Assembly: GCA_965223465.1 (NCBI GenBank)
Contig: OZ245025.1
Span: 845,900-909,899 of the forward strand
Source: Candidatus Poriferihabitaceae bacterium
GTDB lineage: Bacteria; Pseudomonadota; Gammaproteobacteria; Arenicellales; Poriferihabitantaceae
DNA: 64,000 nt
Reading direction: 5' to 3'
The notes under the pieces were generated by a model that saw only the letters and a list, made by a program, of their open reading frames with translations, made no database searches and had not been told where the DNA came from. This document shows, piece by piece, positions 31,592 through 42,103 of this stretch. Position numbers and translations under genes: made by a program. Position 1 is the first letter of the stretch. Every line of letters starts with the position of its first letter.

Positions 31592-33184
31592 ATGGCGCAA
31601 CTAATTCAGACCCCGATACTCGTTGTTGGTTCCGGTTTAGCGGGATTAACCCTTGCGCTCAAGCTCGCAGAAGAAGGCTTTGTCGTGAGCATAGTGTCCA
31701 AGCGTAGTATTTCCACTGGTTCCACGCATTGGGCACAAGGAGGTATCGCCGCCGTGCTCTCTGAGGAAGATTCTTTCGATTCACATATCGAAGATACCAT
31801 CATCGCCGGTGCGCACTTAAACCACCGTGATGCAGTGGAGTTCACGGTAAAGAACGGGCCAGACGTTATCCATTGGTTGATTGAGCAAGGCACTGAGTTC
31901 ACCCGCGAAAATGGTGGGTATCATCTCACGCGAGAAGGTGGACATGCACATCGGCGGATCATTCATGCCGCCGATGCAACGGGGCGCGCCGTGCATGACA
32001 CAATCGCATCAAAATGCCTTGCGCATGAGAACATAAGCCTATACGAATCTCATCTAGCGATTGATCTCATCACATCACGCAAACTCGGGGTTCCCGGCAC
32101 CAATCGCTGCTTGGGACTTTACGCACTTGACGTAACCACCGGCAAGGTCAACACATTTAAAGCTGGGCGCGTGATTCTGGCTTCAGGGGGTTGCAGCAAA
32201 GTGTATTTATATACCTCCAATCCGGACACTTCTACGGGTGATGGCATCGCAATGGCTTGGCGGGCCGGCTGCAGTATCGGCAATTTAGAATTCAATCAGT
32301 TTCACCCAACCTGTTTGTATCATCCGCACGCTAAATCCTTTCTCATTTCTGAAGCGGTAAGGGGTGAAGGCGGCAAATTACTACTCGCAAATGGCGAACC
32401 TTTTATGCACAAACACGATAAACGCGGCGAATTAGCGCCGCGCGATATTGTGGCACGCGCGATTGACTACGAAATCAAAAAAAGCGGACATGAATGCGTT
32501 TATCTGGATATCAGTCATCGCAAACAGGATTTTATTAAATCGCACTTTCCCAATATTTACGAACGTTGTCTGAAATTTGGCCTGGATATGACCAAGGAAC
32601 CTTTGCCTGTAGTCCCCGCAGCGCATTTTACCTGTGGCGGTATTTATACTGACTTAAAAGCGCGCACCGATCTCGCGCAGCTTTATGCGATTGGTGAATG
32701 CACGTTTACTGGTTTGCATGGAGCAAATCGACTGGCGAGTAACTCTTTGCTTGAATGCCTGGTGTTCGCAGATGCCGCTTATAAAGATATTGTACGTAAC
32801 CAGCAATCCATTGAAATTAGCGGTCAGCCGCTACCTGAATGGGATGAAAGCCAAGTGACAGATCCGGATGAACAAATTGTGGTATCGCATAACTGGGATG
32901 AACTACGTCGCTTTATGTGGGACTATGTTGGCATTGTCCGTACCGACAAACGACTAGAACGCGCGATGCGGCGAATTGAGCTTCTACAGGAAGAAATCCG
33001 CGAGTATTATAGTAACTTTAAGGTCAATGGTGATTTGATTGAACTGCGTAATCTGGTGATGGTGGCCGAATTAATCGTGCGCAGTGCCATGCAAAGAAAA
33101 GAAAGCCGCGGATTGCACTATACCTTGGACTACCCAGATACTTTTCCGGACTCGGAAATACAAGACACCTTGCTAACGCATTGA
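31592..33184 (+). CDS. nadB: L-aspartate oxidase
   Basis: 530 aa. FAD dinucleotide fold (VVGSGLAGL) and fumarate-reductase-family blocks. Divergent from rpoE, as in E. coli. Confidence 0.95.
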   Translation: MAQLIQTPILVVGSGLAGLTLALKLAEEGFVVSIVSKRSISTGSTHWAQGGIAAVLSEEDSFDSHIEDTIIAGAHLNHRDAVEFTVKNGPDVIHWLIEQGTEFTRENGGYHLTREGGHAHRRIIHAADATGRAVHDTIASKCLAHENISLYESHLAIDLITSRKLGVPGTNRCLGLYALDVTTGKVNTFKAGRVILASGGCSKVYLYTSNPDTSTGDGIAMAWRAGCSIGNLEFNQFHPTCLYHPHAKSFLISEAVRGEGGKLLLANGEPFMHKHDKRGELAPRDIVARAIDYEIKKSGHECVYLDISHRKQDFIKSHFPNIYERCLKFGLDMTKEPLPVVPAAHFTCGGIYTDLKARTDLAQLYAIGECTFTGLHGANRLASNSLLECLVFADAAYKDIVRNQQSIEISGQPLPEWDESQVTDPDEQIVVSHNWDELRRFMWDYVGIVRTDKRLERAMRRIELLQEEIREYYSNFKVNGDLIELRNLVMVAELIVRSAMQRKESRGLHYTLDYPDTFPDSEIQDTLLTH

Positions 33185-33198
33185 TTCACGTTAATCGC

Positions 33199-33465
33199 TT
33201 ACTTTTCAATAACTAGATTAAATTTATCTCTTAAGATATTAATAATATTCAGTATATCTGAGTTATTTGGTTGCGCAAAACCCATTAACCAATCGTAAAT
33301 ATCCGGATCTTGACATTCCAATAAAGCCACAAAAGCCTGCTGCTCCGCCTCAGTGGTTTTTAGGTAGTTTTCTTCCAAGAAACCGCCTAGTATTCTATCC
33401 AGCTCTTTAGTGCCACGCCGGCATCGCCACCGTAATTGGCCGATGGTTATCTGCGTCTGTGCCAA
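33199..33465 (-). CDS. sdhE: FAD assembly factor SdhE (YgfY family)
   Basis: 88 aa with the RGxxE motif (RWRCRRGTKELD). Starts 6 nt downstream of sdhB. Confidence 0.85.
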   Translation of the reverse strand: MAQTQITIGQLRWRCRRGTKELDRILGGFLEENYLKTTEAEQQAFVALLECQDPDIYDWLMGFAQPNNSDILNIINILRDKFNLVIEK

Positions 33466-33471
33466 ACGAGC

Positions 33472-34245
33472 TTAGCGGTTCGCCAGTTCGCGTTTTATTT
33501 TAGCGATGGCCTCGCCAGGATTGAGATTCTTTGGGCAGGCAACCGTACAGTTTAGTATCGTATGACAACGATAGACCTTAAAGGAATCATCCAAAGCGTC
33601 CAGACGCGCGTCCTTCGCCTCATCTCGGCTATCTGCAATCCATCGATAGGCCTGCAATAAAGCAGAAGGCCCCAAATAACGATCCCCGTTCCACCAATAA
33701 CTCGGACAAGCCGTGGAACAACAAGCGCATAATATGCACTCATACAGGCCATCGAGCTTAGCGCGATCTTCTTTACTTTGAAGTCGTTCCGTGGCACCAG
33801 GTGCCATCTCCTCTGCCTGCATCCACGGCTCCACTGAGGCGTAATGCTCGTAAAACTGGGTTAAATCACTCACCAAATCACGCACCACCTCCTGGTGTGG
33901 CAGAGGATAGATATTGATTTCACCTTCAATGTCATCGATTGCCTTGGTACACGCCAGCGTGTTGGTGCCATCTATATTCATTGCACATGAACCACAAATC
34001 CCCTCGCGACAAGAGCGCCTAAAAGCGAGCGTTGAATCCAGCTCGTCTTTAATATATAGCATTGCATCCAGCACCATCGGGCCGCAAGCGTCAACATCAA
34101 CCTCGAAACGATCCAGACTTGGGTTTTCACCTTTTTCAGGCGACCAACGGTAAACATTAAAAACCTTGATTCGTCCAGAAGTAGTGGAACGTACCGTTTT
34201 ACCGGTCTTAACTATCGAGTTTTTGGGTAGGGTAAATTCAGCCAT
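33472..34245 (-). CDS. sdhB: Succinate dehydrogenase iron-sulfur subunit
   Basis: 257 aa with three Fe-S cysteine clusters ([36 protein letters not shown]). Confidence 0.95.
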   Translation of the reverse strand: MAEFTLPKNSIVKTGKTVRSTTSGRIKVFNVYRWSPEKGENPSLDRFEVDVDACGPMVLDAMLYIKDELDSTLAFRRSCREGICGSCAMNIDGTNTLACTKAIDDIEGEINIYPLPHQEVVRDLVSDLTQFYEHYASVEPWMQAEEMAPGATERLQSKEDRAKLDGLYECILCACCSTACPSYWWNGDRYLGPSALLQAYRWIADSRDEAKDARLDALDDSFKVYRCHTILNCTVACPKNLNPGEAIAKIKRELANR

Positions 34246-34250
34246 AATGC

Positions 34251-36044
34251 TTAGTACACTCTCTTTTTAGGCTTAATGTATTCAATTTCATCGGTCAATG
34301 TGTAATCGTGAACTGGCCGATAATCCAAAGTCACTTGCATGGTATCGGCATTAAAATAAGTTAATGTGTGCTTCATCCATTGTTCATCGTCACGATCCGG
34401 GAAATCATCACGTGCATGCGCGCCCCGACTTTCCGTTCGATTCAGGGCAGCGCGCGCGGTCACACTGGCTTGTGCCAGTAAATTTTCCAGCTCCAGCGTT
34501 TCAACCAAATCGGTATTCCAACTCATAGAGTGATCCGTCACCTTGATATCATTGAAGCGACTTAACACGCCCGCCATTTTATCTACCCCTTCTTGTAACT
34601 TCTCCTGGGTTCTGAACACCGCGCAATGCGTTTGCATGGTTTTTTGCATATCAATGCGAATTTCAGAAGCACTCGTATCACCATTTGCATAGCGTAAATC
34701 ATCGAATCGATCTATCGCTTCATCGCCTGCGTTTTTGGGTAACTCCAGACTGCTTTCATCTTCTTTGAGTAGCTTAGCTGCCCTATTCGATGCGGCGCGC
34801 CCGAACACGATGAGATCAAGCAAAGAGTTAGATCCCAAGCGATTGGCGCCGTGCACCGAAACACAAGCTGCCTCGCCGATGGCCATTAAGCCCGGCACCA
34901 CATGATCAGGATTACCATCGACCAGATTAACTACTTCGCCGTGCACATTGGTCGGAATACCTCCCATATTGTAGTGTACCGTAGGTAACACCGGAATCGG
35001 GGCCGTACTCACGTCCACATTAGCGAAAATTCGCGCAGATTCGGCGATCCCAGGCAGGCGTTCTTCTATCAACTCAGGACCGAGGTGTTCGAGGTGCAGG
35101 AATATATGATCCTGCTCGTTACCGACACCTCGCCCCTCATTAATTTCAATCGTCATGGCACGGCTAACCACATCACGTGAGGCCAGATCCTTGGCATTTG
35201 GCGCATAGCGTTCCATAAAGCGCTCACCTTCATTATTGGTTAGATAGCCACCCTCGCCGCGTACGCCTTCGGTGATCAAGCAACCCGCTCCGTAGATTCC
35301 GGTTGGATGAAATTGGACGAATTCCATGTCCTGCAGCGGTAATCCTGCGCGTAATACCATCGCGTTTCCATCACCGGTGCAGGTATGCGCCGAAGTACAG
35401 GAATAATACGCACGCCCATAACCTCCCGTCGCGAGTACCACAATTTTGGCAGAAAAACGATGTAAGGTGCCTTCGGCTAAATCCCAGGCCATCACTCCGC
35501 GGCACTGGCCATCTTCAAAGATCAAATCGATGGCAAAATACTCGATAAAATACTGTGCGTGATGTCTCAAGGATTGCTGATACAGGGTATGCAATATAGC
35601 ATGTCCGGTACGATCCGCTGCCGCGCAGGTACGCTGTGCACGCCCTTCACCAAAGTGCGTGGTCATGCCCCCGAACGCGCGTTGATAGATTTTACCTTCA
35701 TCGGTTCGGGAAAACGGCACCCCGTAGTGCTCTAGCTCCAGGATGGCTTCGGGCGCATCTTTACACATAAATTCTATGGCGTCCTGGTCTCCCAGCCAGT
35801 CGGAACCCTTAACCGTATCGTACATATGCCAGCGCCAATCATCTTCCCCGTTATTGCCCAACGACGCGCTCACGCCACCTTGTGCAGCAACCGTATGACT
35901 ACGCGTCGGAAAAACTTTGGTTACACAGGCTGTATTCAGCCCTTTTGCAGCCATCCCCAAAGTGGCGCGCAATCCAGCACCACCTGCGCCCACCACCACC
36001 ACGTCAAATTGATGATCTGTAACAGTATATTCCTTGTTTTTCAT
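34251..36044 (-). CDS. sdhA: Succinate dehydrogenase flavoprotein subunit
   Basis: 597 aa. [16 protein letters not shown] fold, the covalent-FAD histidine context ([10 protein letters not shown]), and a C-terminal ...KKRVY. Confidence 0.95.
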   Translation of the reverse strand: MKNKEYTVTDHQFDVVVVGAGGAGLRATLGMAAKGLNTACVTKVFPTRSHTVAAQGGVSASLGNNGEDDWRWHMYDTVKGSDWLGDQDAIEFMCKDAPEAILELEHYGVPFSRTDEGKIYQRAFGGMTTHFGEGRAQRTCAAADRTGHAILHTLYQQSLRHHAQYFIEYFAIDLIFEDGQCRGVMAWDLAEGTLHRFSAKIVVLATGGYGRAYYSCTSAHTCTGDGNAMVLRAGLPLQDMEFVQFHPTGIYGAGCLITEGVRGEGGYLTNNEGERFMERYAPNAKDLASRDVVSRAMTIEINEGRGVGNEQDHIFLHLEHLGPELIEERLPGIAESARIFANVDVSTAPIPVLPTVHYNMGGIPTNVHGEVVNLVDGNPDHVVPGLMAIGEAACVSVHGANRLGSNSLLDLIVFGRAASNRAAKLLKEDESSLELPKNAGDEAIDRFDDLRYANGDTSASEIRIDMQKTMQTHCAVFRTQEKLQEGVDKMAGVLSRFNDIKVTDHSMSWNTDLVETLELENLLAQASVTARAALNRTESRGAHARDDFPDRDDEQWMKHTLTYFNADTMQVTLDYRPVHDYTLTDEIEYIKPKKRVY

Positions 36045-36113
36045 ATGCTTAGCTTATGCTGGCTTACCAGCAACAAATGTTGGTCTGTCATGTGATAATT
36101 AATAAAACGTGTG

Positions 36114-36470
36114 TTATGCCGCAAGCACAATTTTAATCAGAGAAGCCAGCCCGACGAACATAGCAAGCCAGCAGATCAGATTTGATATTCGCACGATGGA
36201 TTGACGCGTCGACGCATCCGAAATGTAATCTTCTATAATCACCTGCATACCTAATTTTGCGTGATAAAACAGCGCGATCACAAAAATGATCATCAAAATC
36301 GCCACCACCGGGTTAGATAACCAGGCGTGCGTGGATTCATAGTCTAAACCGATATGGTGAATAATATTTATTACCATCCATAGGGTAAATGGTATAAGCA
36401 AAAGCGCGCTGCGGCGCTGCCATTTCCAGTGCGGCACACCGGCGTGGTGTTGATCTTTTATCTTATTCAT
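36114..36470 (-). CDS. sdhD: Succinate dehydrogenase hydrophobic membrane anchor subunit
   Basis: 118 aa with three TM helices. Position between sdhC and sdhA. Confidence 0.85.
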   Translation of the reverse strand: MNKIKDQHHAGVPHWKWQRRSALLLIPFTLWMVINIIHHIGLDYESTHAWLSNPVVAILMIIFVIALFYHAKLGMQVIIEDYISDASTRQSIVRISNLICWLAMFVGLASLIKIVLAA

Positions 36471-36476
36471 GAGGCT

Positions 36477-36851
36477 CTACCGCGTAATCCAGATCAGAAT
36501 ATTGACCACAACGGCTGCAATTAAAACGATCTTACCGCTGGTATAGATTTGAGGAATTTCAAATCCCTTGCCCGCATCCCAGAATAAATGTCGAATACCG
36601 TTAAGTAGATGGTAGATAATCGCCATCGACCAGATAAACATGAGGATCTGGATAGGTATGGAAAGCGCGACATTCTGCAAGGTGCTATATATAGAGCTAT
36701 CCCAGGCGACCGAGGTAATCCAAAGTAATAAACAAATGCTGCCCATCAATGAAATTACCCCTGCTACACGATGCGAAATAGATAGCGTAGAGGTTAATTG
36801 GGGTTTATAGACCTGAAGATGCGGCGATAGGGGTCTTGCCGACTGAGCCAT
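36477..36851 (-). CDS. sdhC: Succinate dehydrogenase cytochrome b556 subunit
   Basis: 124 aa. RPLSPHLQVYK...SISHRVAGV motif and three TM helices. First gene of the sdh operon. Confidence 0.85.
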   Translation of the reverse strand: MAQSARPLSPHLQVYKPQLTSTLSISHRVAGVISLMGSICLLLWITSVAWDSSIYSTLQNVALSIPIQILMFIWSMAIIYHLLNGIRHLFWDAGKGFEIPQIYTSGKIVLIAAVVVNILIWITR

Positions 36852-37160
36852 GATAATAATTCGTTATGTTTTCTATCAAAAGAGCTTATTATTCTAACGC
36901 GTTTACAGCATAGAACAAGCACTCAGATCAAGAAATCGAAACTATTTTGAATTTTTCCTTTTAATTCAGCTCAAAACAACTACTTATATAGTAGAGTTGT
37001 TTACTTTATATTAGAATTGATTGATTATTGTATTAGCTAAAAGGTGAAAATCCAATTCGCTGAATGCTGAAGCAAATGAAAAAGGGGGTGCGCTAAATAG
37101 CATGGCTATTTACGCGCTGGTCGTTTGAAAAAATTACTACTGGAATATTAGTTAGTTTAG
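36852..37160. promoter_or_regulatory. Divergent sdhC / prc promoter region with an imperfect inverted repeat at 36974-37002
   Basis: 309-nt strongly AT-rich spacer. The repeat aaacaactac-N7-gtag(ag)ttgttt has 10-bp arms with a 2-nt bulge. Confidence 0.4.
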
Positions 37161-39347
37161 ATGAAGGCGTTGGCCAAATTAAGTTATCCCAAGTCTCGAT
37201 TTAGCATAATCGGTCTGTTTACGCTTGCGCTTACCTGTACCACAAGTCTTGCGCTGACCTCCAGTAATTTCGAGCACGCTAAAAAGCAGGAGGCCAGAAA
37301 TCCGGATGACGTGCGCCATAGCTATGAAATCAAAGTGATCGATCGGTTGCTTGAGCGATTTCACTATAAAGATTTTCACCTTAATGACGAATTATCTCAA
37401 GCGATTCTGGACAACTACATAGATAGCCTCGATCCCTCACGTTTGTTCTTTACCCGTACTGACATTCAGGAGATTTCCAAACTAGAAAATGATTTCGATG
37501 ATTATATCCGTAGGGGCATTACCACCGCCTACCATGATATTTTTAGCATTTATCGAAAACGTGTGGAAGAACGCATTAACTTCGCCTTGCAACGCCTCGA
37601 GCATAACTTTGATTTTAATACTGACGAGTTTTATGAACTTGATCGTAGCGACAGCCCGTGGGCAGAAGACGCGCGGGCGCTCAATAACCTTTGGCGTAAG
37701 CGCATAAAAAATGATTTTATCAATTTGGAACTCAGCGGCGACGATAAGGAGAAAGCCTTGGAGACCTTGCGCAAGCGCTATGAGAATATTGCTAAACGTA
37801 CTGAACAAATCAAGGACAACGAAATATTCCAGATATATATCAATGCCTACGCGAATGCCATCGAGCCACATACCAGTTATTTTTCACCACGCGCTACCGA
37901 GGAATTTAATATCAGCATGCGCTTGTCCCTACAGGGAATAGGCGCGGTATTGCGCAGTACTGACAACCAAACCGAAATAGTAAATATTGTTCCTGGTGGG
38001 CCAGCAGATCAATCCGGCTTGCTACACGCTAACGATAAGATTACCGCAGTTGCACAAGGCGCCGAAGGTGAAATGGTCGACATTATCGGCTGGCGACTGT
38101 CGGATGTCGTGGATATTATTCGTGGGCCAAAAGGTTCAAGTGTGCGTCTTACCGTTATTCCTGCGGCTTTGGGCGCAAGCGCGGTTGCCAAGGAAATTAC
38201 CCTGGTCAGAGACAATATCAAACTGGAAAGCCAAGCAGCTAAAAGCCGCATCATTGAAGTTGAGACCGATGCCGGACAATCAAAACTTGGGGTGATTGGC
38301 CTACCCTCTTTTTATATTGATTTCGAAGCGCGTGCGAATGGTGATGCGAATTACCGTAGTACCACCAGAGACGTGGCTGAATTGATTAAATCTCTGCAAA
38401 AAGAAGGCGTGGACGGGCTGATAATCGACTTGCGGGGCAATGGCGGAGGCTCGTTAGAAGAAGTGGTTACGCTAACCGGCTTGTTTATTGATGAAGGCCC
38501 CATTGTTCAGGTTAAGAATAGTGATGGCCGCGTTCGAACCCATCGAGATACGGAACGCGGCAGCTTATACAATGGCCCGTTGGCGGTGATGGTAGATCGA
38601 CAAAGCGCCTCCGCTTCAGAAATATTCGCGGGCGCCATTCAGGATTATAAACGCGGCATTATTATTGGCGAGCCGACTTTTGGTAAAGGTACGGTGCAAA
38701 ACGTGCTGCCACTGAGCGCTTACGCAAAAGAGAAATTCAAAGGAAAGCTCGGCCAAATTAAAATTACTATCGCACAGTTTTTTCGTATTAATGGCGATAG
38801 TACCCAGCATCGAGGTGTTATACCGGATATCAACTGGCCTTTCCCGCAAGTTGATGAACCTTTTGGCGAGCGCGCACTGGATAATGCGCTGCCATGGCTG
38901 CATATCAGTAAATCTGATTTCGCCCGAAGCAATCTAGCAATCGATCATACGGAACTAGAGCATCTTACTCTCAGACATCAGGAACGAGTCACAAACAACG
39001 ACGCTTTTAATGCGGCGCTGCGTAAACAGCAATTGTTGGCCGAAGCACGCCTTGAAAAACAGGTCTCTTTAAATATGCAGAAGCGCAAACAACAACAACA
39101 AAGCTTCAACCGGCAGCTGCTTGAAGTTGAAAACCAGATTCAACTGGCCAATGGGGAACCAGTATACGAATCTTTCGAGCAAATGCGAGATAGTCAGGAA
39201 AAACAGCGTAATGAACGCACCTACAGTAACAAATCGCCCATTAAGCCCGATGCATTCATGACCGAAACGGCCAATATACTTAATGATTTGTTACATATCA
39301 GCTTCGTTCAATTAGCAACGACCAAAAAAGCGGCGAATGCCAAATAA
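37161..39347 (+). CDS. prc: Tail-specific (C-terminal processing) periplasmic protease
   Basis: 728 aa. Signal peptide, PDZ domain (GIGAVL...IVNIVPGGPADQSG) and S41 catalytic blocks (LIIDLRGNGGGS, ASASEIFAGA..., FGKGTVQ). Confidence 0.9.
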   Translation: MKALAKLSYPKSRFSIIGLFTLALTCTTSLALTSSNFEHAKKQEARNPDDVRHSYEIKVIDRLLERFHYKDFHLNDELSQAILDNYIDSLDPSRLFFTRTDIQEISKLENDFDDYIRRGITTAYHDIFSIYRKRVEERINFALQRLEHNFDFNTDEFYELDRSDSPWAEDARALNNLWRKRIKNDFINLELSGDDKEKALETLRKRYENIAKRTEQIKDNEIFQIYINAYANAIEPHTSYFSPRATEEFNISMRLSLQGIGAVLRSTDNQTEIVNIVPGGPADQSGLLHANDKITAVAQGAEGEMVDIIGWRLSDVVDIIRGPKGSSVRLTVIPAALGASAVAKEITLVRDNIKLESQAAKSRIIEVETDAGQSKLGVIGLPSFYIDFEARANGDANYRSTTRDVAELIKSLQKEGVDGLIIDLRGNGGGSLEEVVTLTGLFIDEGPIVQVKNSDGRVRTHRDTERGSLYNGPLAVMVDRQSASASEIFAGAIQDYKRGIIIGEPTFGKGTVQNVLPLSAYAKEKFKGKLGQIKITIAQFFRINGDSTQHRGVIPDINWPFPQVDEPFGERALDNALPWLHISKSDFARSNLAIDHTELEHLTLRHQERVTNNDAFNAALRKQQLLAEARLEKQVSLNMQKRKQQQQSFNRQLLEVENQIQLANGEPVYESFEQMRDSQEKQRNERTYSNKSPIKPDAFMTETANILNDLLHISFVQLATTKKAANAK

Positions 39348-39557
39348 GCGCTTTAAATAAGCGCTGCTGTTGGTGAACGGTTATTCGAGTGTCTTACCAG
39401 TGGTTTGGAGCAAATTTAGCGTATCTCTATCCAGTTTAGTTGTTTTAAGTATTTATCAATTCTCTAGCTAAATAGATTGTTGCCTTATTACATTTAAACC
39501 GTACAATCGGTAATTCATGTAAATCTCATTTACCTAAACTCAACACCCCAGTTTTTA

Positions 39558-40715
39558 GTGAATATGTATAAATTACGCCGGTTTCTCTTTGTTGCAATAT
39601 ATGCCGCCTCATCGCTAGCCTACGCTCAACAACCTGCGGCGCTATATGACGAAGCTGCCGCCGCATATCAACAGCAAGACTACAAGACAGCAGAACAAAT
39701 CTGGGTCTCACTGGCAGCAGAAGGAGACGCCAATTCTCAATATGCGATGGCCATCATGCATCTCAAAAAAGAAGCGCAGAATGCCCAGGACAATGCTGCG
39801 TTCGCCTACTTGGTTGACGCTGCTAAACAACAACACGTTGCCGCCATGTTCAATCTGGGGGTCGCCTATTGGGAGGGTCGTGGTGTCGCCCAACAAACAG
39901 CTAAAGCGCTCAACTGGTGGGAAGTTGCAGCTCGGCGTGGAGATGCGGGCGCGCAATATAATCTTGGGCTGGCTTATCACATGGGCGAAGGCCGCGCGAA
40001 AGATGACAAAGAAGCAATACGCTGGGTTCAAAAGGCCATCGAAAATGGGCATCCTCAAGCAGAGTCATTACTAGCCAGCTTACAACAGGAGGAAGAAGTC
40101 AGTGCGAGTCAAATCCAAACAACACAGGGCGCTAGCACGCAGCCACTCGTTACCCCCGAATTGCAACAAGCAAATTCCACGGTAACTGAAAAGCCGGTTG
40201 AGACGGTTCCGGTGCAACCTAAGATCAATGAAAACACCCAAATAGCAGAAACCGCTCCTCCCACCGTGACCCAAACTGCAGCAACCGATACTAATAACAA
40301 ACCAGCCATCACGGTAAATAACAATTCGGCAAAACCAGCAACGACAAGTAAAGAGTCAGCCATATTACGCGCTACGCCTAATACCAACGCGACCAGCCTG
40401 GCGACGATTCCGGTTGGAACCAAGCTTGACGCACTGGAAACCAAAGGGGAATGGTCCAAGGTCGTGATCAAAGAAAGCTACCCTCTTTGGGTCTACGAGG
40501 CGTATGTAGACGATGAAGGCAACGGCATCGGTACGATTAAAGGACAAAATGTTAATATTCGCCCGAGTCCAAGCACCGACAATATAACGTCACCGGCATT
40601 GGGACAATTAAACACTGGGGATAAAATTGCTATCGTGGAGAGGCGCAGTCCATGGGTAAAAATCATCCCACCTCAGGCATTACCGGCGTGGGTGATGACC
40701 AAAGATATCAATTGA
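39558..40715 (+). CDS. Secreted SEL1-repeat protein with two C-terminal bacterial SH3 (SH3b) domains
   Basis: Signal peptide, then four or more Sel1-like repeats (DANSQYAMAIMH, AAMFNLGVAYWEGRGV, GAQYNLGLAYHMGEGRAKD). A T/P/Q-rich linker follows, then two SH3b-like modules (AILRATPNTNATSLATIPVGTKLD...GEWSKV; GQNVNIRPSPS...GDKIAIVERRSPWVKI). The start may be the ATG at 39564. Confidence 0.75.
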   Translation: MNMYKLRRFLFVAIYAASSLAYAQQPAALYDEAAAAYQQQDYKTAEQIWVSLAAEGDANSQYAMAIMHLKKEAQNAQDNAAFAYLVDAAKQQHVAAMFNLGVAYWEGRGVAQQTAKALNWWEVAARRGDAGAQYNLGLAYHMGEGRAKDDKEAIRWVQKAIENGHPQAESLLASLQQEEEVSASQIQTTQGASTQPLVTPELQQANSTVTEKPVETVPVQPKINENTQIAETAPPTVTQTAATDTNNKPAITVNNNSAKPATTSKESAILRATPNTNATSLATIPVGTKLDALETKGEWSKVVIKESYPLWVYEAYVDDEGNGIGTIKGQNVNIRPSPSTDNITSPALGQLNTGDKIAIVERRSPWVKIIPPQALPAWVMTKDIN

Positions 40716-40787
40716 TTATGAAACCACCCTTAAGCATCAAAGAATATCAGGCAATAATTTCAGCAAATTTACGAGGAACCCGAACCC

Positions 40788-42002
40788 ATGCGTCTTAGGC
40801 GGTATCACCCACTAATTTTGCTCCTTACCGCTTTGTATGCAGGCTTGTCATCTGTCGTTTTTGCGTCCGCGATTGGTGATGCGCGTCAAGCCTACAATGC
40901 AGGCGATATGCAGCGCGCGCTTGATGAGGTTAATCAAGTGCTGCAAACCGAGCCAAATAATATTTCGGCTTTGTTTCTTAAAGCGCAAATCGCTTCCAGT
41001 AACAGCCAACACAATGTTGCAATAGAAAACTATAAAAAGCTAATTGCTTTGGCACCGAATCATCTGGAAGCGTACAATAATCTGGCTACATTATACGCCC
41101 AACAAGGAAAGCTCGAGCTCGCGAGTAAAACCCTTGAAGATGCGATAAAAACAGACCCTGTTTACAGCACCATACATAGTAATTTACGGGCTATTTATAT
41201 GGATATGTCTAAAAAGCACTATAGGTTGGCGCTAAAGCTAAAACCAGAAGATAGCCAAACACGCTTATTGGCTGTTAACACGCGCAATAGCTCGGATGAT
41301 ATCGTCAGTAAGGAAGTACCCATTGGTTCAGCTGCAACCCAGGTTGCAGCAAATAAAACCCTGGTTGCGAACGCCAGAAACCAAGCGGTACTGCAGGCGC
41401 CCGCCCCCACTCAGCCGTTAACCGAGGGTGCCGAACAGGAGATGGTTCAAGCCAAGCGTAAACCTGTAGCCAAAACTGAGCCAAAACCTGCATCCCCCCC
41501 CACACCAAAAGTAGCGCAAAATCCGCCAGTGAAACCCAAACTTACGCCCAAACCTAAACCGGCATCCAAGGTTGCAGCGGTGAAACAAACGGAATCTTCC
41601 ACGCCTGAAAAACAAGTAACACCTGCCGTCGTCAACGTAGTTAAGACACAACCTACACAGGCGGGCAAAGCTACCCAGCAAATAAAAACTGCCTTGCTCG
41701 CTTGGGCAAACGCGTGGTCTAATCGGGATGTCAATAAATACGTTGATGCCTATCGCGCAGAATATGCAACACACGGCAAAACTTATGAAGATTGGGTGGC
41801 TGGGCGTCGCTGGAACTTTAAAACCAAGAAATATATTAAAGTCGCTTTATCTAATATTTCAATAAAGCCCGAGGGTAACAAGTATCGCGTCTCATTTAGG
41901 CAGGCATACGAATCTGATACCTTTCAAGATGTGGTTAATAAAGAAATGCTGTTTATTCAGCAAAACGGCACCTGGAAAATAGCCTCTGAACGTACCAGCT
42001 GA
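40788..42002 (+). CDS. Secreted TPR-repeat protein with a Pro/Lys-rich linker and a C-terminal NTF2-like module shared with the adjacent L,D-transpeptidase
   Basis: Signal peptide and TPR repeats (AYNAGDMQRALDEVNQVLQTEPNN..., YNNLATLYAQQGKLELASKTLEDAIKTDP). Then a PKP-rich linker and a C-terminal roughly 108 aa (ALLAWANAWSNRDVNKYVDAY...) homologous to the C-terminus of the next gene. Confidence 0.7.
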   Translation: MRLRRYHPLILLLTALYAGLSSVVFASAIGDARQAYNAGDMQRALDEVNQVLQTEPNNISALFLKAQIASSNSQHNVAIENYKKLIALAPNHLEAYNNLATLYAQQGKLELASKTLEDAIKTDPVYSTIHSNLRAIYMDMSKKHYRLALKLKPEDSQTRLLAVNTRNSSDDIVSKEVPIGSAATQVAANKTLVANARNQAVLQAPAPTQPLTEGAEQEMVQAKRKPVAKTEPKPASPPTPKVAQNPPVKPKLTPKPKPASKVAAVKQTESSTPEKQVTPAVVNVVKTQPTQAGKATQQIKTALLAWANAWSNRDVNKYVDAYRAEYATHGKTYEDWVAGRRWNFKTKKYIKVALSNISIKPEGNKYRVSFRQAYESDTFQDVVNKEMLFIQQNGTWKIASERTS

Positions 42003-42103
42003 TTGATCAGTGACGGTTAGTATTGAATAGCTTTTCAAATGCTAATACTCGCTAAATGCAAAATATCACTTGCTCATTAGGCCATTTATTCAATAAAAAT
42101 ATC

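Noticed and set aside
33199-33465. Reading sdhE as the CptB antitoxin of a CptA/CptB (YgfX/YgfY) toxin-antitoxin pair.
   Set aside because: There is no ygfX/cptA-like small membrane gene adjacent. The gene is coupled to sdhB, which fits its flavinylation-factor role.
39345-39365. Hairpin agcgc-N9-gcgct overlapping the prc stop, considered as a terminator. Similar short hairpins occur at 26960-26995 and 61798-61825.
   Set aside because: The stems are only 5-6 bp with large loops and no following T-tract, which is insufficient for a terminator call.
39646-40074. 142-aa alternative-frame ORF and a 116-aa antisense ORF inside the SEL1-repeat gene.
   Set aside because: The SEL1 frame has a signal peptide and clear repeat motifs. 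The alternative frames have none.
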